From NCBI GenBank assembly GCA_001949185.1, contig BDGG01000002.1, positions 310,001 through 374,000 on the forward strand: a stretch of DNA of 64,000 nucleotides, given 5' to 3'. Shown here in pieces: positions 11,896-24,442 of this stretch. The stretch's first letter is position 1; every line of letters begins with the position of its first letter. The DNA is from Ramazzottius varieornatus. Lineage: Eukaryota; Animalia; Tardigrada. Under the pieces are notes generated by a model. It had not been told where the DNA came from. It was given only the letters and a program-made list of their open reading frames with translations, and searched no databases. A program made the position numbers and the translations under genes.

Positions 11896-14800
11896 CTACC
11901 GCTGGTTCCACCTGTCGGGATGAGACCGGGGGTCGAAGAATCTACTCTCGGAGGGGATCATACTTTGAGCATGGGTAACGTTGATCATATGCTCTAGATG
12001 CTGGACGAAGGCCGCCCCCTCTTTGGCCAGGTTTCGGGCTTCGCAGGGGTCAGGGATTAGTTCAAAGAGGCAAGCCGCCACATTGGGATTACACTTCTCA
12101 CCGACCTCCGTCCCCGGTGGATACTTTTGACAGTTAGCCGATGCGGGAGTGACCAGTTTCACTTGATCCTGCGCACTGGTGCCTTCGGTCCGAGTCCTGT
12201 CAAACGGTCTGAAGTTATTGACAGCTTGGACTTTCAGGACAGGACCAAACAGCATTCAGTCACTGATCGACACAGTACAGGTGCGGGTACGATGGGTAAT
12301 TATTGGGCCAGTAAAAATTATGGGACAGGCCTTTTCACTACGGCGCGTACGAAAGCACATATGTACACGACCGATTCACATTGATGTATTAATAATTTTC
12401 GCCACTTTTCTGCGGTTGAATTTCTATTTGGCCATCCTTTCCGCCCGTCCCATAATTTGTACTGTCCCTTCGTGCGTGTACCGGTAACGTACCATCCCAA
12501 GAACTTTTTGGTCCACGTGGGTCCTTTGATAAATTTCCACATGTTCAGGACATTGCCTTGCCTGTCCAGCTGGTTGGAAATGAAAGCTCGTCTGCCGTTG
12601 GGTGTCAGTTCAACGACCAGATCGTTGCGTGGAGCTCCTTTGCCCTGCGGTATACCCTCGTTGATGGCTTTCCCCTGGCTTACACTGCCTTCCCTGTAGG
12701 GATCTGGACTTTGGGAGACCCAGCTGCCGCATGCCGCTTCGTACAGGGTGGGCAGCCAGTCAATCAAGTGGAACAAGTCATTGTAGACTCGGCCAGATCT
12801 CTTGATCAAGGGCGACCAGATGAAGGAGGGTGTTCGAACACCCCCTTCGAAATCGTGGGACTTGGAGTGACGCATGGGCCAATTGGAGCCATGGATGACT
12901 CCGCGTTGTAAGCCGGGATCGATGTCGTAATGCGAGGCGTCAGCGGCACCATTGTCCGACATGAAGGCGATGATGGTGTTGTCCAGAATACCCTTGTTGC
13001 GCAAAGCATCGACAATGTGCTTGACCTGCTCGTCCAGAGCCTGAATTTGAGCTGCGAAAAGGCCAAGCTTTAACAGCGGGTGGGCAGGAGGCTAGGGAGG
13101 TGACCTGCTTACCCAGCTGCTTGCGCCGTTCGGTAAATTTAGCGCTGAGTTTCTGGATGGGAGGTCGCTGGAGGTACTGCGGCATGGTGAGCTGGCTCTC
13201 GTTGCCCAGCGGTCCATCTTGACTGGCTCGGGGGGTGGGAGTGGCATAGTACAGAAAGAGGGGCTTGTTGGGGTCGGCGTTGTAAATCTTCTGCTCGGCC
13301 TTCTCAAGAAGCAGCTCCGGAAGGTAATCATTATTGACCACTTCCACCGGTACAAACTTGTCGTTCTCATACGAATCCCTTCCGCAGAATTTGACGGGAT
13401 CCCACTACATAGAGAACACGTCAGATGTCTTAATTTTCACCTTCCAAAGGTGCAGCTCAACATGTCTGAGGAAATCTTGGAAGGTCAACTCACTTACCCA
13501 TGCCACCGTATAATTAGCCAGTTGATATTGCCCGCGCCGTAACCCATCCAGTAATCGAAGCCCCGATGTGCTGAAAAAATGGACATGTCATCATTCTCAT
13601 CAAGGGCAGCACGTCTCTACTTGACGCTGCAACAGCTCACTGGGAAGAAAGGCCTCGGAATGTTGCCCCAGATGCCACTGCAAACAGATACATCAATGGT
13701 CAGTCCACCACAGCCAGCGCATAATGACACTGTTGGCTTGAGCAGTACCTTGCCAATAGCCACCGTCTGGTAGCCCAGCTCTTTGAAATACTGAGGCATG
13801 ATCTTGAACTTGAGTGGTAATCCCCAAGGCTCTCCTTCACTGATGGGTATAAACATACCTGTGAAAAGTTCGACCTTTGAGAATACGTGAGAGCAGCGGC
13901 ATATTGGCCTGCATATGGTCAGAGATTCGAAGAGACATGTTATGACGCGCTGTATACCGACCGGTTTGGTGAGGGTATTTTGAAGCCATCAACGCCGCTC
14001 TTGACGGCCCGCAAGTCGGCAGGGAGTAATGTCGGTTGAGGATGACGCCTTCCCAGGCAAGCTAAAGCAGAGGTCATCAGGTCCGATGGGGCTGATAGGA
14101 TGAGTGGAGGGCGTCAAGGGCGCCACCTCACTTCTATACCTGATCAATATTTGGTGTGGGCGTCTGAAAGTTTCCCTCTGTGAAGCCAACATCAGCGCGA
14201 CCCTGTTAACAAAAGAAATACTGTATGACCGGTCTCACTGTCGTGGTCGCAATCAGTCTTGTTCCGATATGACTTTTTCAGATTCAATTGCAATTACGAT
14301 TAATCGGAATCCCTCGCGTAGCAGCAAATTTCAAATTGCAGGTACCTCGTCCTGGCTGGATCATCAATTACGATTAATTCGAAGTCAAGTTTCGACAACA
14401 ATTGAAATTATTCGAATTATTGCGATGGTGTTTCGTAATTTGAGTTTCCATAAAAAAGCTTCTGTTCGGTACCACGCGTCGGATGGGTAAGCGTTTACAT
14501 TGACCCTCTGGTATTTCGCTGAGAATACGTCGCTCCCAAGCTATCCAGTACGGATGGCTCATCAGGGCTATCGTCAATACGGACTGTTATGCTCCATGAA
14601 GGAGCCACGGTGCGTCGCATAGGCGTAAACTTAACCACACTGTCGCACCGTTAGTCACTCAATCAAGCACTGGCGGTGCTTCACAAGGCGAGAAAGTGAT
14701 ACATCCACGTGCATTTTGCGCGCTTCTTTGGTGTCAGTTATTATTAGGATTACCAACATGTTGGATTTCAATTGTACATTAAAATATCTTTTCGTTCTTG

Positions 14801-15121
14801 TGATTCCGATTCAATTCCGATTAATATCGAATTGACCAACCCAGAATTTGTAATTTGAATTGTTATATCGGAGTTCCAAAACCGTCAAATTCGGCCATTT
14901 TCAATTACGAGTTACAATAATCGGAACAACACTGGTCGCAATGGGAAGGGAGCTGAGGTGAAAGGAGTCAGACTTACCAGATCGTCCGCCAGAATAATGA
15001 CAATATTGGGTCTCTTGTTTTGTTGCGGTGGTGGACTTGGTATGAAGCATTCGGAGACTATAATTACAGTCAAAAAGAAGGCAAAAGACCGAAGAACAGC
15101 AACGATCCACCGGTAAGTCAT
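11896..15121 (-). CDS. Arylsulfatase, ARSB/ARSI/ARSJ-like (multi-exon)
   Basis: Signal peptide, RPNIVIILADDL, TPNIDQLAWEG, CGPSRAALM (CxPxR formylglycine motif), GKWHLG, PLFLYYA, NTIIAFMSDNG, GSNWPMR...FEGGVRTP, HLIDWLPTL, DPCE. Confidence 0.92.
12305..12468. mobile_element. Putative ~164-bp MITE in an arylsulfatase intron
   Basis: GGGCCAGTAAAAATTATGGGACAGGC (12305-12330) vs reverse complement of 12443-12468 GGGACAGTACAAATTATGGGACGGGC, 23/26 identical; no clear TSD. Confidence 0.6.
14254..14934. mobile_element. Non-autonomous hAT-type element (681 bp) in arylsulfatase intron 1
   Basis: TIRs CAGTCTTGTTCCGAT / CAGTGTTGTTCCGAT; perfect 8-bp TSD GTCGCAAT at 14246-14253 and 14935-14942; subterminal AATTACGA/ATTCCGATT repeats. 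Confidence 0.85.
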
Positions 15122-16063
15122 GATGGACGATTTAGTACTACAAGGACGTTCTCACTGAGGAATACCCTTTACCTATAATTGTACCACTGCAGTAACCTGC
15201 TAATCATGCCAAGTAGGACAACTTTGCCCCTTTTGCATGTGACGAGATGGCCAAGCCCTAATCGTCATTGGCGAGTACTCCACGTTGTTAGACAAGATTC
15301 TCGCCATGTAACATCTGCCCAGACGACTTTTGGTGTAATAAGTGGTTGACAGGATCAGATTTTTAAAAATAGTTGCCGAGGTTAAACGTTGGATAGAGAA
15401 GCTGTTTCGCATGCGGAGTTTGACCTCCGTTGAATGTACGGTGTACGTCACAGTGTAAGCCAGATTACGCATCGGACCCTGTAGGTCTGAAGTTTGCTGA
15501 AACTTCAAGTGTAACATGAAAAGCTAAAACAAAAAATTATACCGCCGGGGAAAAATAACTAAAGAGCCCTTCCCTCTGTTTCCCTGTTAAGCACGAGTTG
15601 CCAGTTTCGAAGAGGGTAGACGTAATAGGGCATAAAAATGTCGCTGGAGCGCTGGTTGCTTAAAGCTCAGATGCCACAGATAACCAACGGCCAGCTTGAC
15701 TCGGGCGATACAATCTCTAGCGCATTTTCATGAAGGAAAATGCAGGAAGCCATTGCGCAGCGGTTTGAGTACGCTAGCCATCTTTCGGCCATCAAATCGC
15801 GATAGAGCTGTTTTTCCTGGCAATGAACGTAACTTCTTGTGGAATAAAAGCAAGTCCCGTGGCTTGTTTACCGCACAGCCCACAACAGGCAACGGACAAT
15901 CTGTGGTCGCTGTGTCATGATGTTTGCCTGCTTCTCTACGTGGAACCACAAGCTGCTCTTTATTAACGTCGGAACGATTTGGAAATTCCAAAGGCCTACA
16001 TTGTTGCGAGTTGACAAGTCTAGTTGAGATGAGTCTCTTTCTGGACAGGGGATCTGATCAAGG

Positions 16064-18649
16064 ATGAGACCTGATAAAGTCAAGGTTGGATCGGTGCTGA
16101 TCGTTGGGTGGTTGATGGTCGGCTTGGGAGAATGTCAGAACGGGATATCACGACGGACGCCGCCTGCTGCCGAAGGAGAGCCCGCTGGTGGGTAAACCCA
16201 CCTCCTTTCATATTTTCCTCTGCATAATTGATGTTTACAGCCTGTCTGATGAGTCTTCTCATTCCACAAGAGATTTTAGACTTGCCTGTTGCAGTCTGTG
16301 CTGATAAGATGCGGCGCTGTAAGCAGTGGGCGCGAGATGGCGACTGTATCATCAACCCCACTTACATGGAGACAAACTGCAAAAAGTCCTGTCATCTTTG
16401 CGACCCGAAAAGTAGGTACTTTCATCTTCAAACCAAGACCAATTTGGTGTTTTTGAAATGAATGAAATGGATGTATTTCACGCTAATAGTTGCTGGAACG
16501 ACTTACACGAAAGAAAAGATGTTGAAGGAGCGTCTGTTGAATAACTACGATGCCAAAGTCCGCCCTTCGGTCAATACTTCGGCCGTACTGGACCTTCAAC
16601 TCTCCTTCACAGTATTGCACCTTATCGATGTGGTCAGTTCTTCAGTCCAAAGCCTGTGCTGACCTTCCATGCCTACTTGACATATGCGGTCATAACGGCG
16701 TTGCTTGTATTTGCAGAACGAAGAGTCGCAGATGTTTACCGTCCAAGGATACATAAGAATGGTGAGTCGAACAATATTAATTCCCTCTGAAGTTGACTGC
16801 TAATCCGGTCGGAATCTGGCAGAAATGGAACGACGTCCGACTCGGGTGGACACCTTCGGATTTTAACGAGATTATGGCCGTCTCCTTCTCTTCGTCACAA
16901 ATTTGGTACCCGGAAGTCAACGTTGCCAACACGTAAGCTAAAGCCAAGACGTAAGCTGATCAAGAGGCTTTTGACGTGCCGACACATTATGGTCCTTTAC
17001 GGTTAAATTCAGACTGTTTTGCCCCATGGTAGCGCTCAAGCCGACCAAACCTATATTCTGCACGATAACCCTACGCCCATGATGGTGCGGAATAACGGTG
17101 ATGTCATCTGGACTCCCCGGGTGGAAGTCACCACTTTGTGTAACTTTGACGCCAAGTACTTCCCGGTTGACACCCACCATTGCTCCATCATCTTCAGTCC
17201 CTGGTACTTCTTTCACAACCGACGCACAACAACTGATAATTCACCAGCTCGCGGTCTTTGGCCTTATACAGGATGTGCACCTTTATTTGCAGGATGCAGT
17301 CGGGCGCAGTGGTCAATCTGACTTTATGGCACCTGGACGATGTAGGCCCGCAAGGCTCCCTGCAAGATGATGTCTTTCAGCCCAACCTTAAATGGAGGGT
17401 CAAGTCGTCACTTGGGGCGGACAGTGATTTCTACCATCCATGTTGCGCCGAACCGTGGCCCGTCGTTCAAGTCGATCTGAGTAAGTCCGCTTAAGGCTTG
17501 AATCTTTAAACTAATGTAGGAGGTGAATCGAAGGTGGTTGAGTTACTGTTGCCGGCTGCAGTGACGAGGTTGAAGAGTTAGCCACCCTCTATAAGGAGCA
17601 GGACTCCAAAAGGCCTTCCGAACTATGAGATGCGGCTATGTCAGCAAAACTTTCACCTCGTAAATTAGGAAAAAATGGGAGGCCGGCAAACGGAGCATGG
17701 ACGAGGCTTGTCCAAAGTGGCGCATGTCTTCCTTCTTATTGGACAGTGCAGTGCGCCACATAAAATAGCAGTCAACAGGCTTTCCTCAGCGGCCTCCAAA
17801 CTTTGACGTCAAGAGATGATTTCTTCTTTTAATTTTGTGTTGCAGCCATTGAGCGCAATGTTCCAGTCATCACCATCCTGATGGTTGCGTCCGTCATATT
17901 CGTTGTGGTAAAGCTGCTGCTGTGCTTCGTTCTTCCCATCCGTTCCATCATGCGCTTCGTCTTGTCGGCCAGCGATTGCGCTGTTTCGCTACTGCTTCTG
18001 CTGCACCTGTCCAACATCGTCCCTCAGTCCAGTACTTCCGGCCCAATCATCGGTAAGCAACGATCTGAAGATCAACTTGATTCTTTTGTACGTAATGGTC
18101 AATTCGACCCGCATTCCTTTGACAGTGAACGTCACAGCGGCTCTTCTCATCGAAAGCTTGGCGGTCCTTCTATACTGCGGCTTGCTGTACCATCTCTCCT
18201 CTTCACGCTTTCCACTGCTCGACCAAGCTCTGACCCTCCCAACCTTTTTTCAAAACCTGCTGAACACCCTTACCAAGTCCCGCACAAGATGTACGAGGAA
18301 CGCTCCCCGCCAAAGAGATTGGGGTGTTTCCGACGATTCTCGCGGAGACTTGGTCGACATGATGTTCGGCTCGGACCAAGCGCACCTCATCGACTACGAA
18401 GTGGAGCCGGAAGGAGCGCATTCCTCACAAAACGGCGACACTCCTGCAAACCACAATAGCGAGGCTGCTACTCTGACAAACGGAGGCATCCATACGGCAG
18501 AAGTACAGCCGAAAACGAGCGATGATGACCAGTTAAGGAGTGCTGCCAATAGTTCAAACTTTGCCTTGGTAATTTTACTGAACCGGCTCGGTTTAGCCGT
18601 CTTCACCCTAGCGTTCGCCGTTGAACTCTTGATTGTGATGGTCATCTAG
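16064..18649 (+). CDS. Divergent nicotinic acetylcholine receptor-type subunit with an N-terminal ShKT domain
   Basis: Signal exon 16064-16187; ShK exon CADKMRRCKQWARDGDCIINPTYMETNCKKSCHLC; LLNNYDAKVRP; WNDVRLGW; IWYPEV; Cys-loop CNFDAKYFPVDTHHC; loop C HPCC; four hydrophobic segments. Confidence 0.85.
17715..17761. repeat. Palindromic element AAGTGGCGCA-N27-TGCGCCACAT
   Basis: In nAChR intron; ATTGG at spacer positions 14-18. Confidence 0.8.
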
Positions 18650-19476
18650 ATTTCAAATTTTACCCGGTTCCGTTGAATTTTATTACATTGAAAAATTCAT
18701 CCATTATGACATTTTTATTCGATTCTAACGTCGGCCAGAACTTCCAAGGATCTGTACTGCGCGTCAGTTGTGTCGGATTGTTCGATAGACAGGCGTTGCA
18801 AGTACCATTTGTTTGACTGGCTTTTGTAGCTGGCCGTTGTTGGAATCGAAGAGGAGTTTCACATTAATTGCAACAAGGCTTTGACATTTTTTGCTCCAGC
18901 TCAACATTTTGCCTATATTTAATGGGGATGGCTTTGTGCCCAAATGTATAGTTGACTGTGAATGAAGTTTTAGCTGTCACTTTGCATGATCAGAAATTCA
19001 ATGTTCGCCGCATTGTAGACCGTTAATCCCTTATTTGTCACTTCGCCACTTCGGTCCTAGAGTTCAGGGGGACGATGTTGTCTCCGGAGGGGCAACGTTG
19101 AAGCTGAACCTTGAGGAATGGGTAGAAGTTAATCCAAAGACGGTGCTGTCAATTATACTATAATCCGGCCAGACTGGTCCTTTCTTCCGGACAACAATTA
19201 ACAGCAATCAGCAAAACGAACTCTGTGAAGCACTCTCCAGTCATTCATCACACCCATATTAACCCGGCCTGCCACTCGACGTTGCTGCAACGATGCCGCA
19301 CCCGGCACCAGGAGGTGTGACGCACAAATCCTGCGCTGCTACACCTCGAGCGTGTGCCTTCATCTCTCGAAAGAAAACGTACTATTCGCATTCTGGCTGG
19401 TGTGTAGTCAACCCCTCCAAACTACCCGCAAAGGCTTATTTCTACTGAATCGACGACTTAACAAGGTTGTTCTTGT

Positions 19477-19606
19477 AAGTGGCGCTTTTTATCATTGTTA
19501 CCACCCGTGAACATGCGCCACTTGCGAGAAAATGATAAACTGGACAATATTGTTTTCCCAAAGGGCGCACTTTCTCACATTTATTGGCCGAAAGTATGCG
19601 CCACTT
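19477..19606. repeat. Doublet of the palindromic element (period 83 bp)
   Basis: Arms start at 19477/19514 and 19560/19597; both spacers 27 bp. Confidence 0.85.
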
Positions 19607-22600
19607 GGAAAAGCGATCTTGACTAGCTTGTTTGTAGAGTTCGAATTCTCCATTGTGTTCGAAGACTCCCTTAAAACAACCGGCACCCGCCTGAAGTACC
19701 GCCTGACATCGCTGCGGTGCGTGACTGTTGGGCATGAAAGATATACTGCGGTACGGATAGCTTTTGTAGCCCAGTACGCCCATGTGTGGGAGGGAAGCGA
19801 GAAAAGTTTTGACGGAAAGCAAACTTCCTTCATTATGCTGTGTGAGGCCTGGTGATGAAGTTCGTGTTCGTGCCGAGTAACCTTGATTACGTTCGCTGAT
19901 CCCGACTGGTGCCAGACGTTACCGCTGGCGTCAACTGGCCATCGAACGGGTCGATGCCTAGCCCACACACTGCTTTGACTTTGACTGTATGTCCACTGTT
20001 TTGGCTTGACTGGCAGAAACCACCGATCGAAGCAGACGGCATTTGCGCTGAAAACTCAACAGTGAACTTTTTGCAGGTTAACTTCGTAATTTGTTTAGGG
20101 TGGCTGACTGCCGCCATATTTGAATATCGTGTGCGGAAGGACGCCAGCTAGGCTATTGCGCCGTCAATCTTTCCGCAAGGGAGCACAAAAAACCAATATG
20201 TGTATACAAGGCAATCATCACCCATTTTCTAATCAATAATGTCGCAATATTTCTTCTTCATAGGACTACTGTACATAAAAATTACTCGTCCGAGCCATCA
20301 GGCAACATTGAATATTAAGGTCAAATACCTCCTTCAGCAAGGACGACTTTGCGCTATGAAAACTTATTGCTTTTTGTAACCACCAGCAAATAGAAAGACC
20401 TGGTTGTTCTGAGATCCTTTCAGGCTCGCTGTTTCGACGTTGATGCTGTTGTCGACATATATCGACTTCCTGGTTAATTGGAATATTCGGTGGGGAAAGC
20501 CCGGCTTGGGGACAATAAGGGTTTTAGAGGCGGCTTTTGTGCCGATCCGCCCATGTGACATTTACATGCTGTTCCAGCCAAGAACGGAAGCACTTTACAA
20601 GCACGCAAAAAACAGACTATTTCCTCAGATGTTTCTGTCATATCCGGAACATGCCTTTAGCTAATGCATCAGCTCAAGCCATTCAGCCACATCGTTCCGG
20701 GCCGGTTTGCTAAGAAGTTTCCTGTTAGCTAAATTTATCTTTTATTACTGGGCCTGTAGAAAGACCCTTGTCCATTTCCGAAAGATGACATTCGTAAAAT
20801 CATATCTTATCCAGACGGCGTCAACCTGAGAATCGTCAGGCGTCAACAGTGTCGAAATGAACCGTTGGGTTACAAGTTTTCCTCCAAAGCTGTGCTTTCC
20901 TGATATCAGGGCAGCTTCGTGGTGGATAGTGTACTCGACAGTCTTCAGACTTCAATGCTGAGCTTCTTGGTCTACGTGGTGAGATATCGATGCGGAACAG
21001 TGTGAGGGAGCAGGAGCGTCGGGCAAGATATCCCCACGACGTCATCGGCGGAAGGCGCAAGTTGAATACAAGACGGCAGGGTTCCAGCAAGAACCATCAT
21101 GGCAGCGCGTCTTCAGGAGCTAGGTATATATATATACGTACAGGCTGATAGCAAACAAAAAAGGACAGGCTGCATTCATGGCCAAAAGATTGACTGGCTA
21201 CATTGCACTCCTATAGCCCAAGATTTGTGTAAGTTTGCCGGTAACATGAATCAATGTCAGGACTAGACGTCGCTTCTCCATTGCATATACAATTTGTTTT
21301 ATATCCTGCCTACACTTTACAAGACCCAGCCTCGGCCCAACTCAGCTCAGCCGGGTCCGCTGTACAATCAAGGGCGACACAATAGGGCGGCAAAGTCGTA
21401 GCAAGAGGAAGTTATCCCGCTGGCTCCTCTGCACACTGGCTCCGAGCTTCGACAGTGGTCTGCGTCTGCTCTGCCGAGCACAAGCAAAAGGTCGGTAATG
21501 AAGAAAAGGCAGTAAGGCAGCAAGAGCTAACGATATCAATGCCCGCTATTACTTCCACCATCCATATAAGAGCCAAGCCGCCTGCCCACTATCTCCCCCT
21601 CTCCCCTGTGACGAACCCGACAGGGCAGGCTTCTCTCTTCTTCATCAGGCACAACCTTCCTGCTGCAACAGACGGCCAGTACTGCACGGCCTTCCTTGTA
21701 CAATGCCATCCGCCACGGAAGGCCGAATCCTCTTGCAAGCCTTCTTCCTCTTTTCAGCAGCAACAATAACATATATATATTGTATCCAGCTTTCTCCATT
21801 TTCCACTCGGCAACAAATTGTCCTCGTCTTTGACGTTAAGCGCTTCAATGAACTTTGCTCGTTGAAAGCTCAGCAGGAAGAATCTGCTGACTTCTTTCCG
21901 GCATGCGAATATCATCCACTCCCCTCAACATCGCGGCACTTTGCTGAATACTTTTTCCCCAGCGAAGCCTGCGCTATGAATTATCGTCCTTCTTCACGCA
22001 AGGGGGACTCTGTCGATCTTTGTAATCTCTAGCTAATGAAGCTGCCCGCGTCAGTGGTCCTCAGCTGTGTCGACCTTGTTTGCCGATCCGCCGACGTTTT
22101 GGACTATTTCAATGTCAAAAGCTCCACACCCATGCGCCAATGTGGACCTTGCCTGTTGCCCAAGACATCTTTTGACACTTTGCCCTGTAGCGGAGACTTT
22201 TAGGCGTCATTTTCCGCCATGCGCCGTATGTACCGTATCTGGCTGCAAGTGACCTACCTGTGCGCCATATTACTGCCTATCCGGTGAGGCTGACTTTTAT
22301 GATGCTTCAAAATATTTTTCCAGTAAAAATCATAGGAAAACCTGTACAATAGAAGCAGTGTTACAGTATCATGTCAAGGCCATTATGTTGGAGGAGCCTT
22401 GTGAAGTGTTGTGATTAGCTGATTGTTGGCACTTGGGCGATGGCCGGAAGCAGGGTCTTGTTCCGACACGCTGATTAGCGAGTCGGAAACCCGTGATTAC
22501 GCGGCTCCTTGTGTCGGCACGCGCCGGCTGTAGTTTAGGCTGCCAGCAGGTTTGTCGGAGGATGGCTGGTGTAATACAGTGAGAAATGGGAGTTGACAGG

Positions 22601-24442
22601 CTTGAACAGTGCTGGTAACACGCAGAGTGAGCCATGTGAGACGGCACTTTGTGCTTGTGCTGGCCAAATTGAGAAAATGGGCCCTCAGTAAAACCCATCT
22701 CATTACAAATCGCTAGAGCGGAAACGATAGGCTGAATCTCCAACTGGTATTTGCCTCAACATGAAAGACAGTATCGAATTTGGCTGCTTTGTCCTCTGAA
22801 TGGAAAATAGTACAGTGTTTCTATTTATTATTATGTACAAACAAACTTACTGCAGATACAAGTTCAGGCATGTATGTGCGATGACGTTTGAAGGTGTCGG
22901 TGTGACCTTTCATATGCTAGGTTTGACCGTTTGCGCCGACTAGCGAAAGATGCTTCTTGATCATGAAGGGGTCTCTCAGTACCACTTGGGAAGGAGAACA
23001 ACGCAAAGGCATCAAGGCGATCTTTGCCTCACACACTTGTTTCGCCTTTTGCATATTTAATCATTCATCCTAGGGTATGTGCAAATTCTGCAAAAATTAT
23101 TGCATTGAGCGCAACGTAATTACATGAGAGAAAAACATCGTCAAATTTTAATAATCGTTCCCATCGAATCAACGTCATTCTTCCAGCCAAACCCACATTT
23201 TTTGCCCTACACGTCACACCTAAGGTTTATGGATTCGGGCGGCTATTCCCCTTAGGAGTGAATGATGGATAAGGTGACCCTCAAAAATATCTTGTTGATG
23301 TGTCCAATAATTACCGAGCACAACGCTTTTCTCTATAGTTCATCGAGTTTCAACCTTCGGGACGGTGGGGGAACCATGGAGCTTATAATAAAGTCTTCTC
23401 AGTAAAATCAAAGACTTACGCTATGGCCGAAGCTGCTCTTGGTGGGCGCTTGCTTGTTGAGCTATAATTTGTATCATCTTGGATCGAGTAAACAAGACTC
23501 CAGGGAACAAGGAGCTTTTTGTAAGACTACGTACGCCAGAGTGAACTCCATTGAAGAAGGAGCTACAGTACGCTGTTTTACGTAAATGAGCCCCAGATTA
23601 AGACAGGATCGCGACATATCCACACTGATACTTCCTTCCGTTAAAAGGTCCAAGGCGGAAGCTGGGACGAGACTCGTCTCGGGCTACGGTTCAAGTGTAA
23701 CTGTAGGGCTAACAACTGTATGTCCTACTTGATATTCCGAGCAGCGTAAACTGTCCCTTTAATTGCATTTTGTGTTTCGTAAGTTGTCTCTCTCTCCAGT
23801 TCGCAATAAAAATTTACTTCATGGAACACTTGAGACGACTACATCGGCCTGCACTGTGGTTGTAGATGGAGGTCGAAGCGACCCAATGTGTGCACAACAA
23901 ACACTGTAGATCACAGCCTGATGCTAACGAGAAATTAATGGCCAACGGCCTTTGTGTCAACTTCTTTCAGTACGTGTCACACCTCATTAGATCTTGCAAT
24001 TAAACAAAGCACTCAGTGATGTCGTTTGCCTTGAACAGCGAGGAACCAGGACAAATGCCAGGGTCTTGCAGACGGTGCATGGTGGTCGATAAGGTGGTCG
24101 CGCTAAAGACTCACCTGCAACTGACTGGCGCACTTTGTTGACCATTGCTCAACTTTCAATCAGCACTGTAGCAAAACGTCAATTGGCAAAGTAATGAAAC
24201 CTTACCCCACTTACGACATTCAACGTTTCCCTGCATATTCATCACGTGAACGACCCACATACTCTTGAACATAGCCCAATCAAACTATTAATAGAAGGCC
24301 GTAAAGCCTCTGTAACGAAGAATAAACACCGTTGGGACTATGATCAAAACAGTAATTAGTCTTATTTCTTACAATTGTGATTATTAATAGAAGAAATTAT
24401 TTTCCTTGTATCTCTTCATCCGCAGTTTATTTGATTTTGCAG

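Noticed and set aside
18715-21110. Possible minus-strand gene downstream of the nAChR
   Set aside because: Only short fragments interrupted by stops; no supported model
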